This document shows, piece after piece, positions 1 through 9,162 of a stretch of DNA of 64,000 nucleotides. The notes beneath the pieces are model-generated. The model saw nothing but the letters and a program-made list of their open reading frames with translations. It made no database searches and had not been told where the DNA came from. The stretch is taken from assembly GCA_048882045.1 (NCBI GenBank), contig JBHLRZ010000010.1:1-64000 (forward strand). Reading direction: 5' to 3'. Source of the DNA: Candidatus Thorarchaeota archaeon. Its GTDB lineage: Archaea; Asgardarchaeota; Thorarchaeia; Thorarchaeales; Thorarchaeaceae. The position numbers and the translations under genes are program-made. The number at the start of each line of letters is the position of its first letter. Position 1 is the stretch's first letter.

Positions 1-458
1 GATGCGTGGTTCCTCACAAGGTAATCTGGATCCTTAGCCACGGTTTCATACAATGCTTCTACTACTTCCTCTGTAGGGAATCTCCTCAACGCTCTAGCAG
101 CATCCATCCTCGAAGTCCAAAAAACATGGTTCTTCAAGACGTTGATGATGTGTGGGACATATTCGAAAGTGTCCTTTATCATACAGAGCGCAACAGCTAT
201 TTCGACTGTGAGTGTTCCAGAACCTGAAAAGAGGTTCATCACCAAGGTTGGGATTGCTTTTGCGGATCTTAATTCTCGAAGACCTTTTGCTGCGTAGTGA
301 TTCCCTTCTGTAAGAGATTCGATGAGCATGTCTTCAGCCTTCTCCCGCTCCTCTCCCTTCAAATGTGTAACAGATTTCTCATCTATCCCGTCATGCCACA
401 TCATGTAGGGGTCACCATAGTAATTCTCCATGAAGTATTCCCATTCACGACTTTGCAT
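1..458 (-). CDS. HEAT/PBS-lyase-like repeat protein (3' end runs off the window)
   Basis: Not in the ORF track. Manual translation from ATG 458 (MQSREWEYFMENYYGDPY...) stays open to the left edge and contains HEAT-like segments AAKGLRELRSAKAIPTL and RMDAARALRRFPTEEVVEALYETVAKDPDYLVRNHA. Confidence 0.7.
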   Translation of the reverse strand, partial: MQSREWEYFMENYYGDPYMMWHDGIDEKSVTHLKGEEREKAEDMLIESLTEGNHYAAKGLRELRSAKAIPTLVMNLFSGSGTLTVEIAVALCMIKDTFEYVPHIINVLKNHVFWTSRMDAARALRRFPTEEVVEALYETVAKDPDYLVRNHA

Positions 459-493
459 GATTCATTGCATCTCCATATCTTTATTGAACTTAT

Positions 494-1543
494 TCAAGTT
501 CCAAAGAGTAGTCCTTCCCGGTCTTGTTCTCTGTACCAGATAGCGGACTGGAAACGCTCAGGTGGAATTGGGAGAATACCTCTTGACTCCAGGGTGTCGA
601 TAGCGACGCTATAGGCTATGTGTGCATACCAACAGAAGAACTCTCCATAGCTGTGAGGAGCATATTGACCTGATTTGAGACTCTTGTGAAGTGATTTTAT
701 AGAATGTTCATGTTTTACATAGTTGGCTGAAAGTAATGAAGCATACTTTTCAGAAGTCTGTGCGAATCTCACCGAGTCAGACATACTAACAACTGGTATT
801 CCAAGTTCTTTTCCCAGATGATCTGGACCATTAACAGATCCTTCATCTATGATGTCGAAACATCGAGTATCCATCTCTTCGCGTCCTATATTGGGCGTCC
901 CGTTAATGAAGTTCTGTGCAAACGAGAAGTAACGCCATGGCAGCCATGGCAGGTCATAATCGTTTAACCCATACTCACCCATGTGTTTCTTCTCTCCTTC
1001 AACCATCCAAAAGTAGTAGTGAGCATCAGGTCTGTCTGGACTGGGTCTTGCTGGTGCAGGAGGCATGAGACATGTTCCAAACGCGAGGTTCTCAAGAAGT
1101 TTGATGTCAATAATACGACCACCAACCATGAGGAAAGCTAACGATTCGAATCCCCATAGCTTACTTACATCTAGTTCTTGGTATGACTGCTTGATTTCTG
1201 CAATATGGTTCTCAAGGGTATCTGCAAGTTTAGCACTGAAGTCAGACGCATGATCGTAGACCAGCACTGTTTCGGATTCATCAGTCATAAGAAACGATGG
1301 TCTGAGTTCACCATCGGATTCTATCACTAGGCTGACATCTCGAAGTGGTCTAAGCTCAGCCATCACACTATCATAAGAGATGTCCAGAACTTTGGCGAGT
1401 GTTTTTGGTCCAGCTCCATCAGACAGTCCTTTCATAAGTTGGACACGAAACTTTGTCAAGGAGGACCAAGGATCACCACATCCTGCTAAGGAGAAATGGA
1501 TTCGACTGAAATCAATCTCTTTGATCCATGAAGTCTCAGACAT
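494..1543 (-). CDS. Hypothetical protein with N-terminal winged-helix-like region
   Basis: 349-aa ORF; LAKVLDISYDSVMAELRPLRDVSLV is HTH-like; the rest is unrecognised. Confidence 0.6.
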   Translation of the reverse strand: MSETSWIKEIDFSRIHFSLAGCGDPWSSLTKFRVQLMKGLSDGAGPKTLAKVLDISYDSVMAELRPLRDVSLVIESDGELRPSFLMTDESETVLVYDHASDFSAKLADTLENHIAEIKQSYQELDVSKLWGFESLAFLMVGGRIIDIKLLENLAFGTCLMPPAPARPSPDRPDAHYYFWMVEGEKKHMGEYGLNDYDLPWLPWRYFSFAQNFINGTPNIGREEMDTRCFDIIDEGSVNGPDHLGKELGIPVVSMSDSVRFAQTSEKYASLLSANYVKHEHSIKSLHKSLKSGQYAPHSYGEFFCWYAHIAYSVAIDTLESRGILPIPPERFQSAIWYREQDREGLLFGT

Positions 1544-1641
1544 GAGAAAGAACTTAGTTTTTGGAATATTAAGACTGGTTTTCTGAGCAACATCTCATCT
1601 CACAAAATAGTGAAATTAATGAGAATCATCTGCAATTAGAC

Positions 1642-2574
1642 GTGGTGGAGAAAACTGGCTTGGACTCAATCGATAGAAGAATCCTATGGGAACTTGATGC
1701 AGACTGTAGACAGACATATGAGAGATTGGGTCAGAAACTGGGACTGTCGGCCAATGCCATAAGGAAGAGAGTTGAGAACCTCATTGATGATGGTGTAATC
1801 ATTCGTTTCATGGTCGTACCGCACAACGCAGTGATTGATGCAGATTTCATTTCAATCATAGTCTATACAGATGGCACAGAGGATCAGGATGACCTGATAA
1901 AGCAGATGGGAAATCATCAGGTCATCCATCATGCGAGTCCACTCGTCACCAACGAAGGAGGAGCTTACCATCTCTTCGGTCAATATTCTGGAATCGACAT
2001 GATGTCGCAACTTGGGCAGTTCTTGAAAGAGATTGAGGTTGTGAAAGAGGTCAAGCAATATCCAGTCCTCTTTCCGAGAGGGGAGAAGATACAGCTAAGC
2101 AACTTGCAGCTCAGGGTTTTGGAGTGCGTCATTGAGGACCCTAGGATGTCGATAAGCGAGATATCCAAGTGCAGTGGTCTGAGTGCACGAATGACACGAA
2201 GAGCGTTGACACAGCTTCAGGATAGTCATGCTGTCAGATTCACAGTACGGTGGGATATCAATGCAGGCGATAACACCTCGTTCTGGATATTAGTAAACTG
2301 GAATCAGAAATTGTTGACTCATGAAAGAGTTACCGAAAGACTTCACGACGAGTTTCCAGATGATTACTGGACAGCCTTCGTTGTAGCGACAGAACCGATT
2401 GTGTTTGCTAGATTTGTGGTTGATAGTCTCCAAAGAGTCAATGAAATCACTTCCATTGTGAAAAAACTGGACTATGTTGAATCGGCGCAAACACTAGTTT
2501 GTTACTCATCTCACGATTTCCAGTGGTACGGTGAAAGGTTGCTCAAGGATATGATTTCCAATCGGGATGCCTAA
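1642..2574 (+). CDS. Lrp/AsnC-family regulator with two HTH-effector modules
   Basis: LDSIDRRILWELDADCRQTYERLGQKLGLSANAIRKRV and a second HTH (LQLRVLECVIEDPRMSISEISKCSGLS). Confidence 0.88.
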   Translation: MVEKTGLDSIDRRILWELDADCRQTYERLGQKLGLSANAIRKRVENLIDDGVIIRFMVVPHNAVIDADFISIIVYTDGTEDQDDLIKQMGNHQVIHHASPLVTNEGGAYHLFGQYSGIDMMSQLGQFLKEIEVVKEVKQYPVLFPRGEKIQLSNLQLRVLECVIEDPRMSISEISKCSGLSARMTRRALTQLQDSHAVRFTVRWDINAGDNTSFWILVNWNQKLLTHERVTERLHDEFPDDYWTAFVVATEPIVFARFVVDSLQRVNEITSIVKKLDYVESAQTLVCYSSHDFQWYGERLLKDMISNRDA

Positions 2575-2623
2575 AGGGGAATTCCTGCGCACAAAACATT
2601 GGTTATATTGAATCTGGAGGGGG

Positions 2624-3517
2624 ATGTCAGACATCCTAGAGGTTGACGATTTGAAGAAAGACCAGTTAGAGGAACACAGTCTAAGTAGGACCATGAATGG
2701 ATTCCTACTATTACTATTCATTGGATGCAGCTTCCTCGTATTCAACGTTGGAGGGTACAACACGTTCATTCCCTCAGACATGAGGCTGCTTACGCGTATT
2801 GCTGTGGCAGGAATTATGTTCATTTCAACATACATTCTCTATCGTTCACAAGGAGAAGCGAATAGGTATTGGAAGATTTCGTTCTCGTTTCTGATCGCAT
2901 CGATTGGACTGCTTATGGCTTGGTTCTTTGGAACATGGTACTATCTTATTCCAGGCCTCTCACCTAGCACTGTTGAAGGTGCAGCAATCGCCAAGGTTGC
3001 TGAGGCACTCCCAATAATCTTGAGTATAATGATCGGAATCTGGATGGTGGAGAAGGATTTCACACCGGTCTATGTTCAAGGTGGTGACCTGAGAAGAAGT
3101 ATCAAACTGGGGCTTATCGCCTCTCCGGCAGCACTGTTCCCCTTCATAGCCCTTGGGGGTCTAGGATTCTCTGCCAGTCTGGAAGCTCTCTTCTTTGGAT
3201 TGCCTTGGATCTTTCTATTCTCATTTAGCAACGGACTGATGGAGGAGTTGATGATCAGAGGTATATTTCTCAGAGAATATGACTCTCTCTTTGGCCAGAC
3301 ACAATCATTGATTCTGACTTCTGTCATATTTGCTATATTTCACCAAGCAATAATTGGCATTACTGATATCATCACCCTGGCTTATTACTTCAGTATACCA
3401 CTCATAATGGGTTTGATATGGGGATACATAATCCAGAAATCGGACAACATATGGGGAGCAGTGTTGGCCCATATGATTGCTGATGTCCTCTTCTTCCTAG
3501 TCATGTTTGGAGTGTGA
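2624..3517 (+). CDS. CPBP/Abi (CAAX type II) intramembrane metalloprotease
   Basis: Polytopic protein with EELMIRG, FAIFH and AHMIAD motifs. Confidence 0.9.
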   Translation: MSDILEVDDLKKDQLEEHSLSRTMNGFLLLLFIGCSFLVFNVGGYNTFIPSDMRLLTRIAVAGIMFISTYILYRSQGEANRYWKISFSFLIASIGLLMAWFFGTWYYLIPGLSPSTVEGAAIAKVAEALPIILSIMIGIWMVEKDFTPVYVQGGDLRRSIKLGLIASPAALFPFIALGGLGFSASLEALFFGLPWIFLFSFSNGLMEELMIRGIFLREYDSLFGQTQSLILTSVIFAIFHQAIIGITDIITLAYYFSIPLIMGLIWGYIIQKSDNIWGAVLAHMIADVLFFLVMFGV

Positions 3518-3530
3518 CTGAATAGTCAAA

Positions 3531-3920
3531 CTAGTGGTTTGGTTGCATCTGAGCCGTGAAAGTCGTTTGATCGAAGTATTCATGGACCTCTGATATCTTC
3601 CCATCTTTCAGCCTAACTACGTTACAGATCGGGACTCGAATTCCACTTTCTCCGGGATTTGTGCCAATCACGTAGGCTTGAAAGCAGACCCAATCATCCT
3701 GTCCGAAGATGTTGACTATCTCGACTCTTAGGTCTTTGAACATCTTCCTAAATGCAATGTTGTCTTCGACAATGGATTTCTTTCCAATCAATGGTTTTCT
3801 GTCAAATGGAAAGTAGTCAATGACATCCTCGTTCAGGAACTCAGCAAAGCCTTCTGCACCAATGGTGTTGAACGCATCATTTGCGTGAATAACAACTTGG
3901 ATGTTTTCTGAAACGCTCAT
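3531..3920 (-). CDS. SnoaL/NTF2-like protein
   Basis: 129 aa; C-terminal VVRLKDGKISEVHEYFD signature. Confidence 0.85.
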   Translation of the reverse strand: MSVSENIQVVIHANDAFNTIGAEGFAEFLNEDVIDYFPFDRKPLIGKKSIVEDNIAFRKMFKDLRVEIVNIFGQDDWVCFQAYVIGTNPGESGIRVPICNVVRLKDGKISEVHEYFDQTTFTAQMQPNH

Positions 3921-3988
3921 GATTGATAATTTTGTTAACTATTGTTAAAATTATTCCTATGTCTGTTTTTCCAACATCAATTCCCTGA

Positions 3989-4219
3989 TTACTTACCATC
4001 AGAGTACATCTTCTCTAGCTGCTTTCGGTCTTCGTAGGTCTTGTATACCCCGACAGCAACTACACACGGACCAACAGTTCGAAGGATAGGTTGAACTTTT
4101 TTATGCTCCCAGACTCTGTTGGGCTGGCGCAAAACACGTTCAAATGCCAATATGAGAATGGGAAGCGCGAACACTACTGAGAGCACAAACAAGCCTATTT
4201 CCATGTGTATTGCATTCAC
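3989..4219 (-). CDS. Small membrane protein, hypothetical
   Basis: 76 aa with one hydrophobic segment; co-oriented with both neighbours. Confidence 0.5.
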   Translation of the reverse strand: MNAIHMEIGLFVLSVVFALPILILAFERVLRQPNRVWEHKKVQPILRTVGPCVVAVGVYKTYEDRKQLEKMYSDGK

Positions 4220-4258
4220 TAGAGTAATAAAAGCGTCATTAACTACGCAGAGAAACTC

Positions 4259-5314
4259 CTAGTCCTTCCTCGCCTCTTCCTCTCGTTTCTGGCGTTCCTT
4301 CTCAATCTCCTCGAGCCGCTTCCTCTTGGAGTCCTCAGCCTTTTTGATTCGTTTCTCTACGTCACGAATCCTTTTTTCAGCGTTCGACAACTCTTTCTTT
4401 CGATGGTTTTCTGCGTTCTTGTGCTCCTTTCTTGCTTCGTCGTACTCAGCTCTTGCAAGACGTAGGTCTCGCTCGATACTTTCGACCCGTGTACGTTTGA
4501 CTGCAGCGGCAGTAGCATACCGCTCAGTTTCTTCATCTAGACGGATGCGTAGTGATTCCATCTCTGACTGAAGTTGCTGTAGTTCAATATTGTAAGCATT
4601 GAGTTCAGACTCCAACGTCCGAACCTTTTCATCCTTTGCAAGTATATCAGTCGTTTCAGCTGGTCGAGAAGGCACAACAGCACTCTCAGCTGACTCAGTT
4701 GATGCAGCCATTTCAGATGGCTCTTCGAATTCTTTGAACTCTTCCTCTGGTTCTGGTGCAACAGTTGGCTCTTCAATTTCAGGTTCGACTTCAGGTTCCT
4801 CATAATCCAAAGGTTCGTCAATCTCTTCTGGCTCGGGTGGTGGAGGTTCTAGTTCTGGTTCTGCACTCTTTGCTCGGGCTTCTGCAGCTCGTACCTTCTC
4901 AAGAATGTCCTTAACAACCTCCTTCCCCTTCTCCCTGTCCATTGGTGCGAAGGGTGTGGCTTCTTCTTGATCTTCTTCTTCCTCTTCTTCGTCGTCGAGT
5001 TCATAGACTTCAGCAACTTCCTCATCGGTTTCCTCCTCTACCTGTTCAGAAGCAACCTCACTCGGTCGTACAAGTGGTTCATCTTCAGAACTAGATACAC
5101 GGTCACTAGGACGCACAAGTGATTCTTCATCAACAGCCTTGGATGTTTCCGCTTCTTTTGCACTGGCAAGTATTTCTTCTAGTTCATCGATAGGCGCTTG
5201 TTCAGGCTCATGTTCTTCCTCCAGCACTATTAAAGAAGCACCACAAGCTCTGCAAAACCTACGCATTGGATCATTCGCTTTCCCGCACTTGGCACATTTC
5301 TTAATGGCAAACAA
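4259..5314 (-). CDS. Zinc-ribbon + acidic low-complexity + coiled-coil protein
   Basis: CAKC...CRAC at the N-terminus, Glu/Pro-rich middle, and a highly charged helical C-terminus of about 120 aa. Confidence 0.8.
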   Translation of the reverse strand: MFAIKKCAKCGKANDPMRRFCRACGASLIVLEEEHEPEQAPIDELEEILASAKEAETSKAVDEESLVRPSDRVSSSEDEPLVRPSEVASEQVEEETDEEVAEVYELDDEEEEEEDQEEATPFAPMDREKGKEVVKDILEKVRAAEARAKSAEPELEPPPPEPEEIDEPLDYEEPEVEPEIEEPTVAPEPEEEFKEFEEPSEMAASTESAESAVVPSRPAETTDILAKDEKVRTLESELNAYNIELQQLQSEMESLRIRLDEETERYATAAAVKRTRVESIERDLRLARAEYDEARKEHKNAENHRKKELSNAEKRIRDVEKRIKKAEDSKRKRLEEIEKERQKREEEARKD

Positions 5315-5448
5315 CTCCTGATTCGTAAAACGATATCCTACCCTATGATTTAATCTTAGATATACATTTGGCGTATCCAGTCAGTGGCCTAGTTAGAAAG
5401 ATATTTGCATCTCAAATTAGGCCAATTTGCCTAGTCAGGGGTCTTCAA

Positions 5449-6345
5449 ATGAACGAATCAAATCAGCATAGAGTCGTAATCAATCCCACGGAGGAAGACG
5501 TGAAGAAGTTACAACAAGGACTTGAATCATTCAACTTGGATAAAACCAATGGAGAATTCAATAGCCCACAGCCTTGGCATAATCTAGTTCTAAGAGATCA
5601 CGAAGACACGATTGTCGGTGGCATCTCTACAAGTACACTTTATTGGACTCAATATCTTGAGGTTCTATGGGTTGATGAAAAGTATCGTAGATTAGGATAC
5701 GGAAGAGACCTCGTCCTAGAAGCGCAGAGATTGGCGAGAGAAATCGGATGTATTTCCTCTCATGTATACACCTTCTCTTGGCAAGGACCTGAATTTTATC
5801 AGGCAATTGGGTATGACCTCCTTGTGACCTATGACGGATACCATGGTGGAATCAAAGAACACATCTTGATGACCCGTTTCGACTCTATGGAAAGTCAGAA
5901 GACCTCGAATGTAGACCAGTCCCGATTCACAATCACCTCTGATCCTTCAAAGGAAGAACTCAAAGTAGTCCGTGCAGGACTTGGGAAATCCTTTGACAAC
6001 AATGTAAAAAATGTGCTGAGGGAAAATCCCCATACCGATTATTGTTCTGTGATAAAGAATGATGATGGAACAGTGATTGGCGGAATAAGTGGTTACACAA
6101 CACTGGGAATATTGAACATAGCTGAATTATGGGTGGACGAGAATCATCATGGTCTTGGATATGGAAAAGAGATGTTAATGCATGCAGAAACACTTGCAAG
6201 AGAAAGGAGATGTGTAGCTGGACAAATTGCATGTTTTTCATTCCAGAATTTGGAGTTCCTGAAAGGGCATGGCTATGAAATACTTGGTTTCTCAAATGCA
6301 TATCCGAAAGGAGTCAAGGAGTATTACCTTACTAAGAAATTTTGA
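5449..6345 (+). CDS. Tandem GNAT acetyltransferase
   Basis: Two acetyl-CoA motifs: LWVDEKYRRLGYG and LWVDENHHGLGYG. ATG 5449 preferred over TTG 5368. Confidence 0.88.
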   Translation: MNESNQHRVVINPTEEDVKKLQQGLESFNLDKTNGEFNSPQPWHNLVLRDHEDTIVGGISTSTLYWTQYLEVLWVDEKYRRLGYGRDLVLEAQRLAREIGCISSHVYTFSWQGPEFYQAIGYDLLVTYDGYHGGIKEHILMTRFDSMESQKTSNVDQSRFTITSDPSKEELKVVRAGLGKSFDNNVKNVLRENPHTDYCSVIKNDDGTVIGGISGYTTLGILNIAELWVDENHHGLGYGKEMLMHAETLARERRCVAGQIACFSFQNLEFLKGHGYEILGFSNAYPKGVKEYYLTKKF

Positions 6346-6583
6346 ACCAGGATACTGTCATTATTCACTGACAACCCAGCTCAACCAGATTTCAGAAAAG
6401 ACATTATGAAAGAGCACCATTTGTCCTTCAGTTTAAGATATTCACTGTCTTGTGTCACCATCACATCCCTCATCAGCGAGATGCATCTTCCTGTTGATGA
6501 GTTGACAGGCTGTTCCAATACTCTGGTCTAGTACTTGGAGTATATTTTTATGCTACCAGTAATAGAGAATTGGTTACAAATTT

Positions 6584-7510
6584 GTGTATAGTCACAAAAG
6601 GGAGATATTGAATTTGAAGTTACGAGAACAAAGATTGACTATCCCTCTTGCTATCATCTTTCTTCTGCTGATGATCTCAATGCAACCTTCGGTGAGGGCA
6701 GCAGAACTCATCGCTGATAATTTCGATGATATGAACTATGATGGCTGGGGAACCTATGGAACGGCATTCAATAGAACTGAGGATATGTATTATCCTGCTG
6801 ATACTGCGAATTTCTCTGCTGCTGATAAAACATTGAGGGTTACAGGACCAGGAGGCGATTGGTTGCGTCAGCTCTATAGTGTTGCCTACTTAAATCACTC
6901 AGTCAATTATGGCACATGGAGCTTCGATCTGTATGTGGTTGATACCCCTGGTCATGAATGTGTTATTCACCTGCTTTCAGATTACTATTATCCACTAGAA
7001 GGTGAAAATGGAATTTCACCCATCCATTTGAACTATAGCTATCTTTTCGTCATCCTGACGTACGGTTCTTGGCCCAGTACCAGCTATGATAGACCACTGA
7101 TCGAATTTTGGTATATTAATGATGGAGCACACCAAGTTATGGCTAGATATGAAATTGGACCTGCAGGGAGTACTTGGTCAGATAGATGGACGCATTTTGA
7201 TATAACAAGAGACGACACAGGGCACTTCGACATATATCTCAATGGAACACTATGTATGTCAGCGCGACCAGGTGTTCACTATATCCAATCATGCTACTTT
7301 CAATTCATTGGTCAAACTGGTCAGGCAATTGATAACTTGGCAATATATGATTACGTCGTTCCGCATCCACCTGAAACGACTGAGACCACTACTGAAACCA
7401 CTACTACATCTACAACAGGATTCGATTTAACACCAGTCCTACTAACCGTTAGCATAATCGAGCTGGTTGTCATAGTCCTCTTGGTTGTAGTCTACTTCAG
7501 AAAGAGTTAG
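6584..7510 (+). CDS. Secreted, C-terminally anchored jellyroll (LamG/ConA-like) protein
   Basis: Signal peptide, DNFDD, GTWSFD, WTHFDITR...IYLNG, Thr-rich linker, TM helix with RKS tail. Confidence 0.7.
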   Translation: MYSHKREILNLKLREQRLTIPLAIIFLLLMISMQPSVRAAELIADNFDDMNYDGWGTYGTAFNRTEDMYYPADTANFSAADKTLRVTGPGGDWLRQLYSVAYLNHSVNYGTWSFDLYVVDTPGHECVIHLLSDYYYPLEGENGISPIHLNYSYLFVILTYGSWPSTSYDRPLIEFWYINDGAHQVMARYEIGPAGSTWSDRWTHFDITRDDTGHFDIYLNGTLCMSARPGVHYIQSCYFQFIGQTGQAIDNLAIYDYVVPHPPETTETTTETTTTSTTGFDLTPVLLTVSIIELVVIVLLVVVYFRKS

Positions 7511-7665
7511 ACGTCTTGATCCTCCTTCACTCACTATGGACTACGATTCAGTTCCTGAAAAACGTTAGGAACCTATTGCTGAAAATTTGAATGAGATACA
7601 CTATGGAAGGAGTTGTTTGCGACCAAATTCGTGATGCACCTGCGTCACTCCCCAGGGGGAACATC

Positions 7666-8280
7666 CTATGTCCTCATTCGAGGGAGGAAGCGTCCAGTTC
7701 TCTTCATATATTCAGAGTATTCATCGCCAAAGGTTTCCAGAAGCATCTCTTCTTCTTTTCGTGCCACGAAAGGAAATTGAATGATAACTAATACCGAAAG
7801 GATGATTATCAGGAAGTTCGCAGTCAATAAAGAAACTCCAAACGAGAACATGTTCAGAACAGTATACATTGGATGACGTACCCTCGCATATGGTCCTTCT
7901 GTAATCAACATATGGCTCTGTTTGATCTGCAGACAGGCCGAATACTGGCGATCAAGTGTTTTGTGAATCCACCAGAGGAACGGTATGCTTGCAAAAGCCA
8001 ATAAAATCCCAATCCAGCGTACAAATTCAGGGTAGTTGGGAATTTGTGTCCATGAAAACCAAGGCTGATTCAACAGATAGAGAATTATGGAACCGAAGTA
8101 TGCGAGGATTAGAAGACTCATTGCTACCTCAGCTTTTCCAAATGGTTTCCGTTCATCTACCACATCTGGTTCTTCACGTTTGGGCTTTACGAATCGATAG
8201 TATCCTCTGACACTGAAGAAGAAACCATAGAGCGCAATAAAGAAAATTCTGTAGAATAACTCATCAGCCATTTCGATCAC
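7666..8280 (-). CDS. Isoprenylcysteine carboxyl methyltransferase (ICMT/PEMT) family protein
   Basis: LITEGPYARVRHPMY and EEEMLLETFGDEYSEYMKRTGRFLP. Confidence 0.9.
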   Translation of the reverse strand: MIEMADELFYRIFFIALYGFFFSVRGYYRFVKPKREEPDVVDERKPFGKAEVAMSLLILAYFGSIILYLLNQPWFSWTQIPNYPEFVRWIGILLAFASIPFLWWIHKTLDRQYSACLQIKQSHMLITEGPYARVRHPMYTVLNMFSFGVSLLTANFLIIILSVLVIIQFPFVARKEEEMLLETFGDEYSEYMKRTGRFLPRMRT

Positions 8281-8301
8281 CAGTTCGTCATTGATAAATA
8301 C

Positions 8302-8339
8302 ATACGCATGAGTCAGTATAAATACTAATAAGTCACTTT
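8302..8339. promoter_or_regulatory. Putative tandem TetR operators
   Basis: Two related 18-mers, ATACGCATGAGTCAGTAT (8302-8319) and ATACTAATAAGTCACTTT (8322-8339), between the divergent ICMT and TetR genes. Confidence 0.45.
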
Positions 8340-8397
8340 TTAACCTTGTTAGTTAAGCAATTACCAGAGCTCTCTCAGAACAGAGGTCAGAAGTACG

Positions 8398-9012
8398 ATG
8401 CCAAGAGTAATTCCAGAGTATAAAGAGAAGGCTAGACACAGGATAATTGAAACAGGTGCAAGTATATTCATTCAGAAGGGGTATCACGAAACAAGCATGG
8501 ATGATATTGCACAGGTATTGGGAGTAAGTAAAGGAGCAGTCTATCAGTATTTCAAGAGTAAAAAGCAGCTCTTCTCGGAAGTGATTGAACACATCTTAGA
8601 AGCCCAAAAAGATCAGGTTATGTCCATCATACTCTCGGATAATCCTATGTACATAGCGTCGGAAGAGTTTTTTGAAAAAAGAATCAGCACAGCTCTTCAG
8701 ACTCGGTCTCTTGGTTTTGACCTGCTCTTTGAAGCTGCTAGAAATGAAGATATCAGACACCGAATGATTGAGGTCTATGATAGAGGATACAATGAATTAT
8801 TGGAACAAATTGAGCACCTGAAAAGACAGGGCATCATTAGAAAAAGTGCAGATGTGAGTGCTATGTGGAGAGGTTTGGTTGCTCTTCGCGATGGTTTAAT
8901 CAGCTCTGTCATCTTTGGTGCTGATGCTTCAGACGCAAAGCGAACTTGGGAGAAGGTAGCCACAATTCTTCTCAATGAGATACTTGTTCAAGAGAGAGAA
9001 AAGACGGGCTAG
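8398..9012 (+). CDS. TetR/AcrR-family regulator
   Basis: FIQKGYHETSMDDIAQVLGVSKGAVYQYFKSKKQLF. Confidence 0.93.
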   Translation: MPRVIPEYKEKARHRIIETGASIFIQKGYHETSMDDIAQVLGVSKGAVYQYFKSKKQLFSEVIEHILEAQKDQVMSIILSDNPMYIASEEFFEKRISTALQTRSLGFDLLFEAARNEDIRHRMIEVYDRGYNELLEQIEHLKRQGIIRKSADVSAMWRGLVALRDGLISSVIFGADASDAKRTWEKVATILLNEILVQEREKTG

Positions 9013-9035
9013 GTTTAGGATGCATTGTCTGCAAA

Positions 9036-9075
9036 ATGAGATATAGAGCTGGTTCAATGACCAGTTCATTCTCAT
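9036..9075. terminator. Hairpin between convergent genes
   Basis: ATGAGA..GAGCTGGT-TCAATG-ACCAGTTC..TCTCAT. Confidence 0.4.
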
Positions 9076-9162
9076 ACGAAATCTTTTCACATTCTTGGCC
9101 CATTCATAGTCAAGTGTAATAATTCTACACTGAAAGTTTCTTAATATCTGTAAAGATTGCCT

